A stretch of DNA of 64,000 nucleotides from Sminthopsis crassicaudata (Eukaryota). The stretch is from positions 674,726,958 to 674,790,957 of the forward strand of contig NC_133617.1 in NCBI RefSeq assembly GCF_048593235.1, given 5' to 3'. Each line of letters opens with the position of its first letter. The stretch's first letter is position 1. The position numbers were made by a program, and so were the translations under genes. The notes below the pieces were generated by a model. That model worked only from the letters and a program-made list of their open reading frames with translations, was not told the origin of the DNA and ran no database searches. Of this stretch, positions 63,201 through 64,000 are shown in pieces.

Positions 63201-63829
63201 GTATCTATTAAATATTAGCTTCTTTTTCTATTTTTTAAATCATTCTATCTGTAGGAAGAAGTCCAGTTATATTTTCATGTGTTAATTAACACCCCAAATC
63301 TTGCTACCTTAAGACAATTTTTTTAGGGAAAATAGTTAATTGATACTGAATTTACTCATCATATGGTCATAAAGACTCAATTATTTCTATCAAAGGAAAT
63401 TTTATTCCTAAAACGAATAAAGAACTGTGTCTGAAATCTCTCCCTATTATCTTGTGACAAGAAAAGTTATGACACTACAAATTTGTTCAAACAATAAAAA
63501 AATCATTGGGATAGAAATGTACCAACAGTTTTCTATGGTAAAAGTGACATCTAACATACCTGGCATTATTGGGGAAAATTAAAAACTTATTTTAAGTGCA
63601 AATGTAACCTTATCTTAAAGGATAGAAATGTTTCTAAAACACAGTGAGTGTATATATATATTTCCAATGTAATAAGAGGTATTTCCCTACCTCCTTAAGT
63701 GGACTACATTAAACATGAACAATCTTTACTTGACGCCTGATACTATGATTAGGAACACTGATGATTGCATCATGCATTCCTATCTAGGAATCACACAAAA
63801 TAGCCTCAGACTGTTAATAGTTTTTAAGT

Positions 63830-64000
63830 ACAGGTGGCAGGGGGAGAGGGGTCTGGGAGGCAATGAATACTGGGCTGAGTTCAAATCCAGACTTAGTCCC
63901 TCACTAGCTCTGTAACCTTCAGCAAAACTTCACCTCTACCTGTCTCAGTTTCCTCCACTGTAAAGTGGGGACAAGCACTTATTTCTCAGGGTTGTTGTGA
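63830..64000 (+). mobile_element. MIR SINE
   Basis: gagttcaaatccagac ... ctcagtttcctccactgtaaagtgggga. Confidence 0.75.

Noticed and set aside
1-64000. CRISPR arrays, rRNA/tRNA genes, prokaryotic systems, NUMTs or an intact retroviral/LINE ORF
   Set aside because: None seen. tRNA-like A/B boxes belong to SINE heads, and all L1 ORFs are fragmented.

Overview
Mammalian genomic DNA, most likely from a marsupial; the WSINE1-type SINEs and L1 3' ends look dasyurid-like (inference). It covers the syntenic block PBRM1 (5' end, -) / GNL3 (+) / GLT8D1 (-) / SPCS1 (+) / NEK4 (-, partial). I assembled complete in-frame GT-AG gene models by hand: GNL3 (15 exons, 558 aa), GLT8D1 (9 coding exons, 370 aa), SPCS1 (4 exons, 102 aa) and the last 14 coding exons of NEK4 (671 aa; the kinase N-lobe lies beyond the window). 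GNL3 hosts three SNORD19-family box C/D snoRNAs, SNORD69 and one more orphan C/D candidate. Two CpG-island bidirectional promoters drive the gene pairs. Introns are filled with L1, L2, MIR/MAR, WSINE1 and two solo LTRs. I found no convincing new gene or new biological system. The best leads are small-scale: a 41-nt GNL3 cassette exon that would turn the normal start into a uORF, a 220-bp templated copy of an LTR junction with its own 8-bp target-site duplication, an in-frame strong-Kozak upstream ATG in SPCS1, an RFX X-box cluster, a hairpin occluding a GLT8D1 5' splice site, and a 54-nt NEK4 exon. Comparisons with human genes and repeat family names are from memory and were not searched.
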